Source: a virus (Duplodnaviria; Caudoviricetes). Taken from it: 53,402 nucleotides of DNA. Shown piece by piece: positions 1 to 8,946 of this stretch. Position numbers and translations under genes: made by a program. How positions within the stretch are numbered: the first letter of the stretch is position 1; every line of letters begins with the position of its first letter. The notes under the pieces are model-generated. The model was not told the origin of the DNA, made no database searches, and saw only the letters and a list, made by a program, of their open reading frames with translations. The stretch is taken from IMG/VR virus record IMGVR_UViG_3300035659_000019, positions 1-53,402 of that record. One strand, 5' to 3'.

Positions 1-127
1 GATCTGGATTCTTAGATTCGGCGGCCGCTCGCATCACTAGCTGGCTCCGCTTAACTGCTTCGTCGTTCCATGTACGCATCTTAGCTATAGTCTTCTGGTC
101 ATAACCCGCTTCCTTCCATAACTGCTC
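1..127. repeat. Terminal direct repeat, identical to 53217-53343 (circular assembly overlap)
   Basis: 127 nt of exact identity read by eye, followed by 59 nt with 11 mismatches. Confidence 0.95.
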
Positions 128-1417
128 TTCGGGTATGCCAATCTTTTGTTTCTTTATAAGCAGGTCCATCTTCTCCTGGTCGCCACGCGCCGCAGCCTCT
201 GCCCATATAGGTTCGAACGCTGCTTCACTATCGAGCTTCATCTCCCCCCAAACATCCTCGAGCGTTCTAGCGATCTTGAGTGCTGCAACCCAAGAGTTTC
301 CTGCACGAGTCTGCAACGTTGCTACCCGTGAGATTAGAGGGCCTTCTTGCTCTTTCAAGGTCTCGTCGCTCGCAATCAGTTTAGTAGATACAAAGCGACT
401 CACCGGAGTATTGGTTACCATAGCGAGCCATAACACTAACTGGTGTGTCAAATCCATCAGCTGCTGGAGATTAGCGGCCTCGATCGCTCCAAACGAAGCT
501 TCCCGAGCTGACTTAGTCGTCCCCACTATCTGTCCAGGCTCTAGCTTCATCCAGTTACTACGGTCTTCTTTAGGAGCCTTACCGTCGGTTGTTGGGATAA
601 AGCCTAACGCGTAGAAGATGCGGAATGCTGTCAAGTCCGAACTCGACATTAGATCAATGAGGGACTTATTGACTGCGTTTTGGAGAGGGAACGCGTCCCA
701 CGCTTCACAACGAAGCATCTTATTTGTAAAGTGTATCAACGGAATACCAATAGGCTTGAGGTCGCTATTAACCCACGGAAGCGGCCATGAGTCATCGCCC
801 AACGCTTGGTAGGGTGCCCACTCGGCCCCGAACAGATTCCTTCGGTACTTTGCTACTCTGTCTGAGAAGTATAGAGTCTTCCGTTGATAAGTCTCGTTGT
901 TCTCCATCTTCTCCGACCAGTACTTTACGCCGTACTCTGGCTCCTGGTTCGGATCATCCTCGGTATATTTCATGTAGCAGCCAAACCCATCGCCCCCCAC
1001 GCTAACATCGGTATATCTTTGATGTGGAATGAGTCGCGGTCGGCTCTCAATTCCGTTCCAGTCAACGAGTACAAAGTATTCCCCATCTCTTAGACAACCT
1101 TCATGAACCTCAGCCTGCATAGCATCAAGTTTGTTCTTCTGCCACACATCCCAGACCCAATCGATCAATGTCGCATCCGGCGAGTCGAATCCGGTTACAA
1201 TCAAGCGCTCTGCAACGGCCGAAACGACACTCCGACATACGTTCATGCGGAACTTTACCTGCGAACCTAAGAACTGTTCGAGACGCTCCGTTAGAGCGAC
1301 AAACTGCTCTCCTTCGTGGTAACTGCGAGCAAGAACTATCGCCTCTTCCCGCGATCTCTCAATCTGGTTCATAAAGTCTTGTATTGATAGCGCAATCGTT
1401 GTCGTTGCTGGTAACAT
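1..1417 (-). CDS. Portal protein (SPP1 gp6-like); runs off the window start and ends at 53191-53216 across the circular junction
   Basis: Not in the ORF track. Manual translation from ATG 1417 (MLPATTTIALSIQDF...NVCRSVVSAVAERL...WDVWQKNKLD...GIPLIHFTN...GIPEEQLWKEAGYDQ) is open to nt 1. It lies directly after terL, and its C-terminus matches ORF 53191-53385. Confidence 0.85.
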   Translation of the reverse strand, partial: MLPATTTIALSIQDFMNQIERSREEAIVLARSYHEGEQFVALTERLEQFLGSQVKFRMNVCRSVVSAVAERLIVTGFDSPDATLIDWVWDVWQKNKLDAMQAEVHEGCLRDGEYFVLVDWNGIESRPRLIPHQRYTDVSVGGDGFGCYMKYTEDDPNQEPEYGVKYWSEKMENNETYQRKTLYFSDRVAKYRRNLFGAEWAPYQALGDDSWPLPWVNSDLKPIGIPLIHFTNKMLRCEAWDAFPLQNAVNKSLIDLMSSSDLTAFRIFYALGFIPTTDGKAPKEDRSNWMKLEPGQIVGTTKSAREASFGAIEAANLQQLMDLTHQLVLWLAMVTNTPVSRFVSTKLIASDETLKEQEGPLISRVATLQTRAGNSWVAALKIARTLEDVWGEMKLDSEAAFEPIWAEAAARGDQEKMDLLIKKQKIGIPEEQLWKEAGYDQKTIAKMRTWNDEAVKRSQLVMRAAAESKNPD

Positions 1418-1418
1418 A

Positions 1419-2843
1419 TTATACCCTCGACTGCTGGTATGCGTATGCTACTGAATACGCATCTTCGCCTGACTTAGCTCGAACGGCTAACGCATAACTG
1501 ACTGCCGCATCATCGTAATCACCTGAAGGAGCCTTCAACGAGGCACCTTCAATACATTGTAACTGCAAGAACGACTTCTCGCTATGTATCACACACGTCT
1601 TATCCTTCGCCGCATCGGCCATCGTCGACCACATAATCGCTTTCGACTTCGTTGTGCTTAGCCAACCAGCGTTCCCATCAATACCTGGGAGCAAATTAAC
1701 GTCCGGATAGAGCTCACTCAGATACAGAAGTACCGCATGACCGTGGTTGTTACGCTCAATTAACGCACCTGCTCCGTTGTAGTAGCGCGAAAGCGTAACG
1801 ATATTCTCCGCCATTACTGACGGCTCCTGGCGTTCAGCTAGACTCGCTACCTCTTCACCTAGGTCGCTCATTACGGTAACCGACGAATCATCACTCGTTG
1901 GATTGCCTTCCGCAGGATCCGCCCCTATGTAGTAGCCCATATTGGATTCGGGCGGTCGAAATATTTGTAAACCCGCAACGGCGGGAGCGTCTGGGACGCT
2001 CTCCAACGGTGTCATCTCTTGGTAACAGCTAACTAACCACGGCGTCGGAAGTCTCTTATCCATCGTACGCGCCATCAACGCTTCCGCATCGGTAGCTGGA
2101 TATTGCTCATACAAGTCATCTAGTGCAGTCGTCCGCGCCAGTATGTCGCTCTTCTGGTCCGCATACCACACTTGGCCGCGGTCTGGCCGGCTCCACCACG
2201 GTAAAAACACCGAAACCCATGGACTCTTGCCGGCTTTCGCTGCCTTGTACATTGTTTTGAAAGGACTATTCGGTTCATCCTTGTTCGAACGGCTCAGTAG
2301 GATCATTCTGCCGCCACCATCAATTGTCGGCTTTACCGCAGTCATTAGCTTATCGAGGTCAGGAATCAGATCTGCCTCGTCAACCAGTGCTGTTGACGCA
2401 GTATATGAGTCTCCTGCTGTAGTTGGGAACGCATACGTCTCCGAACCGTTGCTAAAGTGCCACGCATGGTCGTTACTTACCAACACTCTTCGAGTACGCA
2501 TCCATGCTGGTAACCGTTTCTCTATTCCTTGTTGCCGCTTGAGCAAATACACTGCTTCATCGTCACGGCGTGAAAACAACAAACTCGTAGTCGACGGGTA
2601 GAATAGTTTCAGCCACAAGTCGAACGCTAGCATCAACCATGTCATACCTAACTGCCGAGCCTTCAATACTATAACCAAGCGGTTATCGACAAACGTTCGC
2701 AATACCTCCACTTGAGCTGGCCACAAGCGGAACGGAATCCACTTGCCTAGCGGTGCATCGTAGATATGTGTATAATGGTCTACCCAGTACGGACACGACT
2801 GCGAGCACGTTAGCCATTCTCTTTTCTGTTCATCTTCTCCCAT
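1419..2843 (-). CDS. terL: Terminase large subunit
   Basis: Walker A-like LKARQLGMT, Walker B LVDEAD, nuclease motifs GADPAEG and YDDAAVS; adjacent to portal. Confidence 0.93.
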   Translation of the reverse strand: MGEDEQKREWLTCSQSCPYWVDHYTHIYDAPLGKWIPFRLWPAQVEVLRTFVDNRLVIVLKARQLGMTWLMLAFDLWLKLFYPSTTSLLFSRRDDEAVYLLKRQQGIEKRLPAWMRTRRVLVSNDHAWHFSNGSETYAFPTTAGDSYTASTALVDEADLIPDLDKLMTAVKPTIDGGGRMILLSRSNKDEPNSPFKTMYKAAKAGKSPWVSVFLPWWSRPDRGQVWYADQKSDILARTTALDDLYEQYPATDAEALMARTMDKRLPTPWLVSCYQEMTPLESVPDAPAVAGLQIFRPPESNMGYYIGADPAEGNPTSDDSSVTVMSDLGEEVASLAERQEPSVMAENIVTLSRYYNGAGALIERNNHGHAVLLYLSELYPDVNLLPGIDGNAGWLSTTKSKAIMWSTMADAAKDKTCVIHSEKSFLQLQCIEGASLKAPSGDYDDAAVSYALAVRAKSGEDAYSVAYAYQQSRV

Positions 2844-3328
2844 TCCTCAGCCTCCTGGCGCGCCTTGGCAAGTTCGTCGGCGGTAAATGAGATTGTATTG
2901 GCGGACTCAACACGAGTAACCGCGGGCAGGCCGGCCCTATCTAGAATCTCCTTTGCAGCTTGTACACCTAAACGCGTACTCAGCAAATTTAACTCCAGAG
3001 TCTCTACAGCGCGTAATGAGAGTTCACGGAGTTTTCGACTAGCATGTTCTACAGAAGCCATGGCAAGCCTCGACTGCTCCGTCTCCCACGCCTTCGCGCG
3101 GTCGAACCACTGCCACTTCAACGCGACGTTTACCCATGGATACGGCGTCTTGCTCGACAATAGGAACGTGTCGACATCGGGTCGCGTGTCGCGAATGAAA
3201 TTCAAATACGCAACGCGAAGAGACCTGCCTGGTCCTTGCGCTAGGTAGTACTTGACGAAGATAGTATGCCAACGTTCGGGCTCGCCTTGAAGACGTTCCC
3301 AAACGTTAGTTTCCTGAGGTGTGTCCAT
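2810..3328 (-). CDS. Probable terminase small subunit
   Basis: Upstream of terL; YYLAQGPGRSL...W.W..RAKAW...AAKEILDRAG pattern; GAGGAG RBS before MDTPQ. Confidence 0.7.
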   Translation of the reverse strand: MDTPQETNVWERLQGEPERWHTIFVKYYLAQGPGRSLRVAYLNFIRDTRPDVDTFLLSSKTPYPWVNVALKWQWFDRAKAWETEQSRLAMASVEHASRKLRELSLRAVETLELNLLSTRLGVQAAKEILDRAGLPAVTRVESANTISFTADELAKARQEAEEWEKMNRKENG

Positions 3329-3388
3329 AACATTCTCCTCATAGTCGCGGGCAGAGCGGCCGGCCTCGAGGCCCATCTCTATGTAAAT

Positions 3389-3417
3389 ATTATAGAACAG
3401 ATTAAAAAAGAAGGCAC
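3389..3417 (-). promoter_or_regulatory. Candidate late promoter
   Basis: TATAAT on the minus strand at 3389-3394 with a weak -35 (GTGCCT) at 17 bp, upstream of the minus-strand structural operon. Confidence 0.4.
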
Positions 3418-3610
3418 GTGGTCAATTCTGCATCGTCTCGGACTAACTGGGGTGCGGGCCCGGATCCTACTTTTGCAAGTTGCCCCCTAGGAATTTTAGA
3501 AGAAATAAATTATAATTGTAGTACGTCAAAAGTTGAACGAGGCATGCGACGAGCCGATTTAGGCCTTGGCACACGCCCAAGTGTTTCAGCTATTCTGAAA
3601 GGAGCCGTAT

Positions 3611-4186
3611 ATGATGGACATAAATGAAGTAGCAAGGATGATAGAAGCAGGTCTTACAGTGGAAGCGATCGCTGAGGAGCTAGGGTGCTCAACGAGTTCG
3701 GTGTACAAGATAATGCGTGCTGTGCAACCTAACAGACGGAAAGGGAGGCCGTCCTCGGGGGACGTGCTTACTGACGTAGACCGCAGTGAGATCGTTGGCG
3801 AGTACAGATCAGGAGAGATCCCCGTTGGAGAGATCGTCCGTTCTTGGAAGATTACGTACGCTGTATTCTATAAGACTCTGCGAGATGGTGGCGTGTCGTT
3901 AGGACGTCCTAAGACGCCGGTGAAAGTAGCGAGAGAGGAACAGGCTGTCCAGATGTATATCGATGGAGCACCGCTCTGGGAGATCGTCGAGGAGACCGGA
4001 GTTCCACAACCAGTACTACACAAGATGCTACATATCCGTAAGGTACCGTTCCGTCATGGAAGCGCGCCAAAGTTTGTAGTGGACGGTGCGCCGATAGAAC
4101 CGGAGGACGAGCTACACGAAGGTGAGGGCGCTGAGCCTAGTCTTGGAGAAGATGGGACCTTCCAAGGAGACCCAGAGCCTCTTTAG
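3611..4186 (+). CDS. Protein with three tandem HTH-like units and an acidic tail; possible transcription regulator
   Basis: GLTVEAIAEELGCSTSSVYK, VGEIVRSWKITYAVFYK and LWEIVEETGVPQPVLHK units; GAAAGGAG RBS. Confidence 0.65.
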   Translation: MMDINEVARMIEAGLTVEAIAEELGCSTSSVYKIMRAVQPNRRKGRPSSGDVLTDVDRSEIVGEYRSGEIPVGEIVRSWKITYAVFYKTLRDGGVSLGRPKTPVKVAREEQAVQMYIDGAPLWEIVEETGVPQPVLHKMLHIRKVPFRHGSAPKFVVDGAPIEPEDELHEGEGAEPSLGEDGTFQGDPEPL

Positions 4187-4274
4187 GACCCCGGCGTTTA
4201 CCCGGCTCGATATCGTTTCCGCTCCGCGATCAAAACTGTTACAAAAGTAACGTTCAAACCAGGACATTTGACAT

Positions 4275-4303
4275 TTGACTTGGAGTTAGAATTCATGTAC
4301 AAT
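4275..4303 (+). promoter_or_regulatory. Sigma70-type early promoter
   Basis: TTGACT-17 bp-TACAAT. Confidence 0.75.
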
Positions 4304-4421
4304 AAAGCTGTAAGCAAAAAAAAAAACAACTTTCACAACAAACAAACATATATATTGTACTTTAATAACTAAATACTCTACTTCATTTTATAAATTTTCT
4401 CAAACATCTAAATTTATAAAA

Positions 4422-4594
4422 TATCTTGAAGCTAAAAGCTGTGACGACTTCTCAGCTAGTAACAACTAGCTTAGAACATCGCGAAAGCTGAGTCGAAAGA
4501 CTGCGATTCTTCAAGATTATGAGATGAGTACTAACGACGTGACTCAACACAAGTCGAACTATAATATAGGTCGTATGCAAAACGAACACGTCGT
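4422..4594 (+). ncRNA. Putative structured RNA or leader with two multibranch domains
   Basis: ATCTTGAAG/CTTCAAGAT closes AGCTAGT/ACTAGCT and AGTC-GAAA-GACT hairpins; ACGACGTG/CACGTCGT closes further small arms. Confidence 0.45.
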
Positions 4595-4662
4595 AGAGTT
4601 TAGTAACTTTCTATCTAATCATCAAATCATCAAATCGACATCTATCTATAGGAGAGAACAAA

Positions 4663-4935
4663 ATGACTACAAAACGTTATACATCAAAATCACACAACTT
4701 CTTCGATAACGACAAAAACATAACACAATATCATCATCCACGTAATCGACAACTTCCACCACACATCGTCTACAAACTAGAGCGAGAGTCAACAGATGGT
4801 GGCACAGTAATATGTGGCATATGTCACGAGAGATTCACAGTAACAGCTTGTGTCTGGTCAAGAAGAAGCTGGACTGAAGAACCACAATACTTTTGTAAGT
4901 ATTGCGTCAAGTTTCACAAGCTTACAAGAGTGTGA
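4663..4935 (+). CDS. Hypothetical zinc-finger protein
   Basis: GGAG RBS; CGIC...CKYC. Confidence 0.6.
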   Translation: MTTKRYTSKSHNFFDNDKNITQYHHPRNRQLPPHIVYKLERESTDGGTVICGICHERFTVTACVWSRRSWTEEPQYFCKYCVKFHKLTRV

Positions 4936-4944
4936 GTAATGTGA

Positions 4945-5083
4945 CACACTCAGCTCTGATAAGCTTACAATCTGAGCTGTCCGCTGAAGTCGAGTGAGAG
5001 ACTAAACGTGCTAGTCAATACTAGAGTGACGTCTGCACTTGCTTCCAGCAGCTCAGTTGTCAAGCTTGTCAGAGCTGAGTGTG
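4945..5083 (+). ncRNA. Putative structured RNA: ~35-bp imperfect stem closing a branched loop
   Basis: CACACTCAGCTCTGATAAGCTTACAATCTGAGCTG pairs with CAGCTCAGTTGTCAAGCTTGTCAGAGCTGAGTGTG. Confidence 0.55.
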
Positions 5084-5122
5084 GCCCACCTAAAACCACA
5101 CCAACACCTTAGGAGGTGTACG

Positions 5123-5581
5123 ATGCCTAGTAACATTGATCCCAAGTTAGCCTATACCATCAAGCAGGCTGCTTTAGCCTGCAGCCTTGACCCAATGTGG
5201 GTCAGACGTATGGTACAGGAGTCCAAGTTGGATGGCTGCTACCAGGAGAACGTACCTGGCACGACCATCAAACGATGGATGATTCCAGGAGCTTCTCTGA
5301 TCAAGCACGCAGCCAATGCTAAGCAGAGCAAGCGAACTGACGGAGCCACTAAGTTCACGATGTATGCTGATCGTGCGATGGCTGCTAAGTTGGAAGAGCT
5401 TGCCAAAGCAAATGGGTTGGTTGTAACCATCCAGAGAGCTAACACTCCTGAGCAGATTGCTAAGCGATATGCTCACCAGAAAGCTCAGCGAGCTCTTGCC
5501 AAAGCGAATGCTACCAAAGCTTCTGCAGCTAGCAAGCAGCGAGCGTTAGCAGCACTTCGAGGTACTGTCAGCAAGAAGTAA
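5123..5581 (+). CDS. Xis/HTH_17-like DNA-binding protein with Lys/Ala-rich tail (paralogue 1)
   Basis: YTIKQAALACSLDPMWVRRMVQESKL...WMIP; AGGAGG RBS. Confidence 0.65.
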   Translation: MPSNIDPKLAYTIKQAALACSLDPMWVRRMVQESKLDGCYQENVPGTTIKRWMIPGASLIKHAANAKQSKRTDGATKFTMYADRAMAAKLEELAKANGLVVTIQRANTPEQIAKRYAHQKAQRALAKANATKASAASKQRALAALRGTVSKK

Positions 5582-5727
5582 CCCAAAGCGCTGAAGCGCG
5601 CACGACCAAATTGAATACCCAGAGCATGCAGCCGGCACCTGCATGCTCCTGGTGAGTCGCAAAACTCCACCTCCACGCGGTGCGACTTGGACAATGCTAA
5701 CGGAGAATTGAAGGAAGGAGAACTAAA

Positions 5728-5919
5728 ATGCCAGAACTACCGTTCGACCTAAACATGATTCGATTCTTAGCTCAGCGAATACACGATCATCTAGACCAAA
5801 TAAGCAAGGTGATAGAGATTGATGATGAGCAATTCGGTGAGCTCAACCACTTTGTGAGTTGGATCGTTGACCACAATCTGGAATACCTAATCGAGAAAGG
5901 AGGCAAAGCCAATGACTGA
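5728..5919 (+). CDS. Hypothetical protein
   Basis: Strong RBS, 63 aa. Confidence 0.6.
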   Translation: MPELPFDLNMIRFLAQRIHDHLDQISKVIEIDDEQFGELNHFVSWIVDHNLEYLIEKGGKAND

Positions 5920-6085
5920 CAAATATCAATACATCAAGGCAGGCGCCTGGCGCGCACATCAGAATGGTGTGCGTGAGTCACACACAGTGCGCCGCGCCGC
6001 GGCAAGCATTGCATTCTGGATGCTTGCAGTCGGCGCAGCCAGCTGCTTCGTGGCGATCGTGGTTCTTGCGATCGTCGTCCGGTAA
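5912..6085 (+). CDS. Small membrane protein (57 aa, not in ORF track)
   Basis: AAGGAGG RBS; MTDKYQ...IAFWMLAVGAASCFVAIVVLAIVVR. Confidence 0.65.
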   Translation: MTDKYQYIKAGAWRAHQNGVRESHTVRRAAASIAFWMLAVGAASCFVAIVVLAIVVR

Positions 6086-6225
6086 CATAGAGCCCCCGGC
6101 CCGGGGCCCCCAGTGCCCCGACCCACAGGACCCCCGCCCCCCGGAGCGGGTGTCTGCAATCTGCGAATATCGTGACCGGGGACACTAGCATGCTGCGTCA
6201 CATCGCAGCGGAAGGAGAGCTTATC

Positions 6226-6735
6226 ATGTACACAGAGAGAACAACCGGCGGCGAGCCGGTGGACGTCGGACCGCTGTACGCGGAGGCGCTGCGGGCCTGG
6301 GGCCCCTCAGCCCTGCCGCCGGCGGAGATGATCCGCGTGACCATCGAGCCGCAGATGACCCGCAACTTCGAGCGGGCCTACCCCAAGGCGTTCCACCGTC
6401 ACACGGGCCAGAAGGTTAGCCGCGACTACTACGCGATCACCCTCAGCGGTCCATGGTTCTGCGCTATCCAGGACGTCTGCGGAGAGCAGGTGCTACTGGA
6501 GCAGTGGCGCGACACGGTACTACACGAGCTTGCGCACATCAGCATTTACCACACGCGCCCGGGGTCAGGAATTCACCACGGATACGAGTGGCAGCGTCTC
6601 ATGCAGAAGGTGGGGCTACCTACCTGCGCACGAGCGTTCTACCCTTGGTCATACAAGGTAGCGCTACCTGGTACGAAGGTAACCTGGGCTCAGATAGCGA
6701 GTTACAAAGAAGACGAGCACGGAGGCGACTCATGA
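6226..6735 (+). CDS. SprT-like zinc metalloprotease
   Basis: TVLHELAH...HHGYEWQRLMQKVG. Confidence 0.75.
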   Translation: MYTERTTGGEPVDVGPLYAEALRAWGPSALPPAEMIRVTIEPQMTRNFERAYPKAFHRHTGQKVSRDYYAITLSGPWFCAIQDVCGEQVLLEQWRDTVLHELAHISIYHTRPGSGIHHGYEWQRLMQKVGLPTCARAFYPWSYKVALPGTKVTWAQIASYKEDEHGGDS

Positions 6736-6862
6736 CGGCAGAGAACCGTCAGGGTACCGCTCATGTAATAATCATAACAAACGGCACGGGTAAAAATTAT
6801 TATAATAATATATAATATATATAATGAAAACCGTAACCCCACTACCACAAGAAAGGAGCACC

Positions 6863-7030
6863 ATGGACGAGAAACTGAAAGCATTGCTAGTAGCCTTCCT
6901 AGAGAAGGTAGTCTCTGGCACCGAGTCGATCATCGAGCTTCGGGTATACAAGGACGCTGACCCCGTATACAAGATGATCGAGCTGTGTCAGATGGACGAC
7001 GGCTCGTACGAGATCGAAGACGAGCAGTAG
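6863..7030 (+). CDS. Small acidic hypothetical protein
   Basis: GAAAGGAG RBS downstream of an AT-rich TATAAT cluster. Confidence 0.55.
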   Translation: MDEKLKALLVAFLEKVVSGTESIIELRVYKDADPVYKMIELCQMDDGSYEIEDEQ

Positions 7031-7102
7031 GTTCGACGCCCTGTCCTGGAGCGAGGACTCCAGGACAGCCGCCGGCTCTACTGCCGGAGAGAGGAGTACC
7101 AT

Positions 7103-7873
7103 ATGCACCCTGAGACAAAGCACGACATGCTAGCCGCACTACTGTATTACCACGACTACGTAGCGAACGGCCGGCGTCACCTTACGACCTTGGGTCGCGA
7201 CGGGTACTACCACCCCATTGAGGACCTTGAGTGCCCGCTGTGCGAGAACGCCCGGTGGATCTCGTCGTACGGATCACATATGCGGAGCAACGAGCACATC
7301 GTTGCGAAGTTCCGCGTCTCACGACGACGGCTCCAAAAGGCCCAAGAGTACCTGACCATCCTAAGCCACGGTCAGGGTCTTACGCCAGACGTAGCATATA
7401 AGCGTCTGTCGTTCGGCGAAGGAGATCTGTCAGGGCTACTCGTATCACCACACAAGTCTGACGAGCCCTGGCAACCTGGTAAGGTGTACGAGGCGACCTG
7501 TGTCAGTTCCGACATGACGCAGGCCGCACATACGCCCCCAGGAGAGGACTGCACGTGCGGGATCTACGCATTCTGGGACCCAGTACAAGCCTTCGAATAT
7601 CCAGGAGGCGACGTAACGGTCCGCCTGAAGATTGGCGGACTAATAGAGGACTGCGAGGAAGGCTGCAGAGCCCAATACGCGGTCATTACAGGCCTAGTCT
7701 ATCTCGAGCACGCACGGGATAGCTTGGTCGTAGACACCGCGAGCATCGAGCTCTCGGCACGATACGGAGTACCGGCCATACCGGCAGTCCGTGAGAACCA
7801 GGGAGAGAAGCTCCGTACGATGTTGGAGCCGCTATTCTCCCAGTGGGATATGGAGGACAAGAGCCATGAGTAA
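7103..7873 (+). CDS. Hypothetical metal-binding protein
   Basis: CPLC...H...H finger and HTPPGEDCTCGIYA motif. Confidence 0.6.
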   Translation: MHPETKHDMLAALLYYHDYVANGRRHLTTLGRDGYYHPIEDLECPLCENARWISSYGSHMRSNEHIVAKFRVSRRRLQKAQEYLTILSHGQGLTPDVAYKRLSFGEGDLSGLLVSPHKSDEPWQPGKVYEATCVSSDMTQAAHTPPGEDCTCGIYAFWDPVQAFEYPGGDVTVRLKIGGLIEDCEEGCRAQYAVITGLVYLEHARDSLVVDTASIELSARYGVPAIPAVRENQGEKLRTMLEPLFSQWDMEDKSHE

Positions 7874-8156
7874 GTCCCTGATCAGCGACGAGCCTCGTGT
7901 ATCGTATAAAGAGGCTGCCGACATCCTGGGTGTAGATCATCATTACGTCCGGATACTGACGGCTCGCGGCGTCTTCGAGATCTTAGAGGAGCGCCGCATT
8001 AGTCCCCACGTGATCAAGGTGTTCATCAGCCTTGAGAGCGTGGAGCGTTACCAGGAAGCCCACCGTACGCGTACGCGCCATATGGTAAAGCTGACTGAAG
8101 ACGAGTGGTCGCAGTTCCGGGCCATGTTCGGCAATGACAAAATCCGAGGAGGGTAG
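7866..8156 (+). CDS. Xis/HTH_17-like DNA-binding protein (paralogue 2, short)
   Basis: VSYKEAADILGVDHHYVRIL...ISLESVERY. Confidence 0.7.
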   Translation: MSKSLISDEPRVSYKEAADILGVDHHYVRILTARGVFEILEERRISPHVIKVFISLESVERYQEAHRTRTRHMVKLTEDEWSQFRAMFGNDKIRGG

Positions 8157-8157
8157 T

Positions 8158-8349
8158 ATGACTTACATCGGCAAGAAACGTCGCACGACGAAGCTTCCCA
8201 AGCCGGAGGCCGTTCCGCTCGCGCCGCCTATCCAGGTACCTGACTGGCCTACGCCAGAACGGACACCGGAAGAGGCGCCGCTCGTAGCACCCAACTGGCC
8301 CACTAAGGCACCGGTAACGGTACCCCTTACGCCCGGGGGCAGCTGGTAG
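8158..8349 (+). CDS. Proline-rich small protein
   Basis: GGAGG RBS; internal repeat VPDWPT/APNWPT. Confidence 0.55.
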   Translation: MTYIGKKRRTTKLPKPEAVPLAPPIQVPDWPTPERTPEEAPLVAPNWPTKAPVTVPLTPGGSW

Positions 8350-8388
8350 CTAGCCGGGGGCTAGGGGGGCCCCCAGAAAGGACCACAT

Positions 8389-8814
8389 ATGTACCGCAGT
8401 AACGGTTATGTCGACCCCAACCGTACGATACCAGGCAAGACGTGGTATCCAAACGGCGCGGCGACACTTCACCACCCTACGTACGAGGTACTGCCTGGAC
8501 ATTGGAACAACATCCGGCAGAACCGACGGTTCCTCATGCTGCTCTACGAGGCCGTCGGCGACGAACCATTCACCAATAAGCAGGCGTACGAGATCTACGC
8601 CAAGCACTGCTGGCAGGGCCGCTTCCGGATCGCAGAGTTCCGAGATCGCGCGCATGCAGAGCTGGACGCCGACTTAGCAGGGATGTACGACAAGGAGATA
8701 GGGTACGGCGACTGCTGGATGCAGATGAACTGCAGGAACCAGCTGTGCACGGGAGCCAAGCGGGGCACCCTGATCCGCTTGGAGCCCGGCCTCTACAGGT
8801 TCCGCCCGTACTAG
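8389..8814 (+). CDS. Hypothetical protein, possible winged helix
   Basis: RBS; C-terminal KRGTLIRLEPGLYRF resembles a wing. Confidence 0.55.
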   Translation: MYRSNGYVDPNRTIPGKTWYPNGAATLHHPTYEVLPGHWNNIRQNRRFLMLLYEAVGDEPFTNKQAYEIYAKHCWQGRFRIAEFRDRAHAELDADLAGMYDKEIGYGDCWMQMNCRNQLCTGAKRGTLIRLEPGLYRFRPY

Positions 8815-8826
8815 TGTAACCCACCG

Positions 8827-8862
8827 ACCCTCGGGGTCGCAAGGCCCTCCGGGTTCTTTTTT
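8827..8862 (+). terminator. Intrinsic terminator
   Basis: GC-rich hairpin with GCAA loop followed by a T-tract. Confidence 0.7.
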
Positions 8863-8946
8863 GCCCAACGGCGCGGGTGTCTGCCATCTGCCAATTTCCT
8901 GGCCATGGACACGAACTTTCTAGCGGGTAACAAACTTTGGGGAAAA

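Noticed and set aside
135-1374. Plus-strand ORFs in the track over 135-1374, and similar antisense ORFs across 37000-50700
   Set aside because: They are shadows of the minus-strand portal and structural genes, with no RBS or protein-like motifs.
4439-4510. Hammerhead ribozyme (CTGTGA...CGAAA)
   Set aside because: The core is CUGUGA rather than CUGANGA, and stem III lacks the required A-U pair and UH cleavage site.
4534-4594. tRNA gene
   Set aside because: Cloverleaf-like, but without the T-loop GTTC motif, D-loop GG or a 7-nt anticodon loop. I saw no tRNA elsewhere, though a scan was not run.
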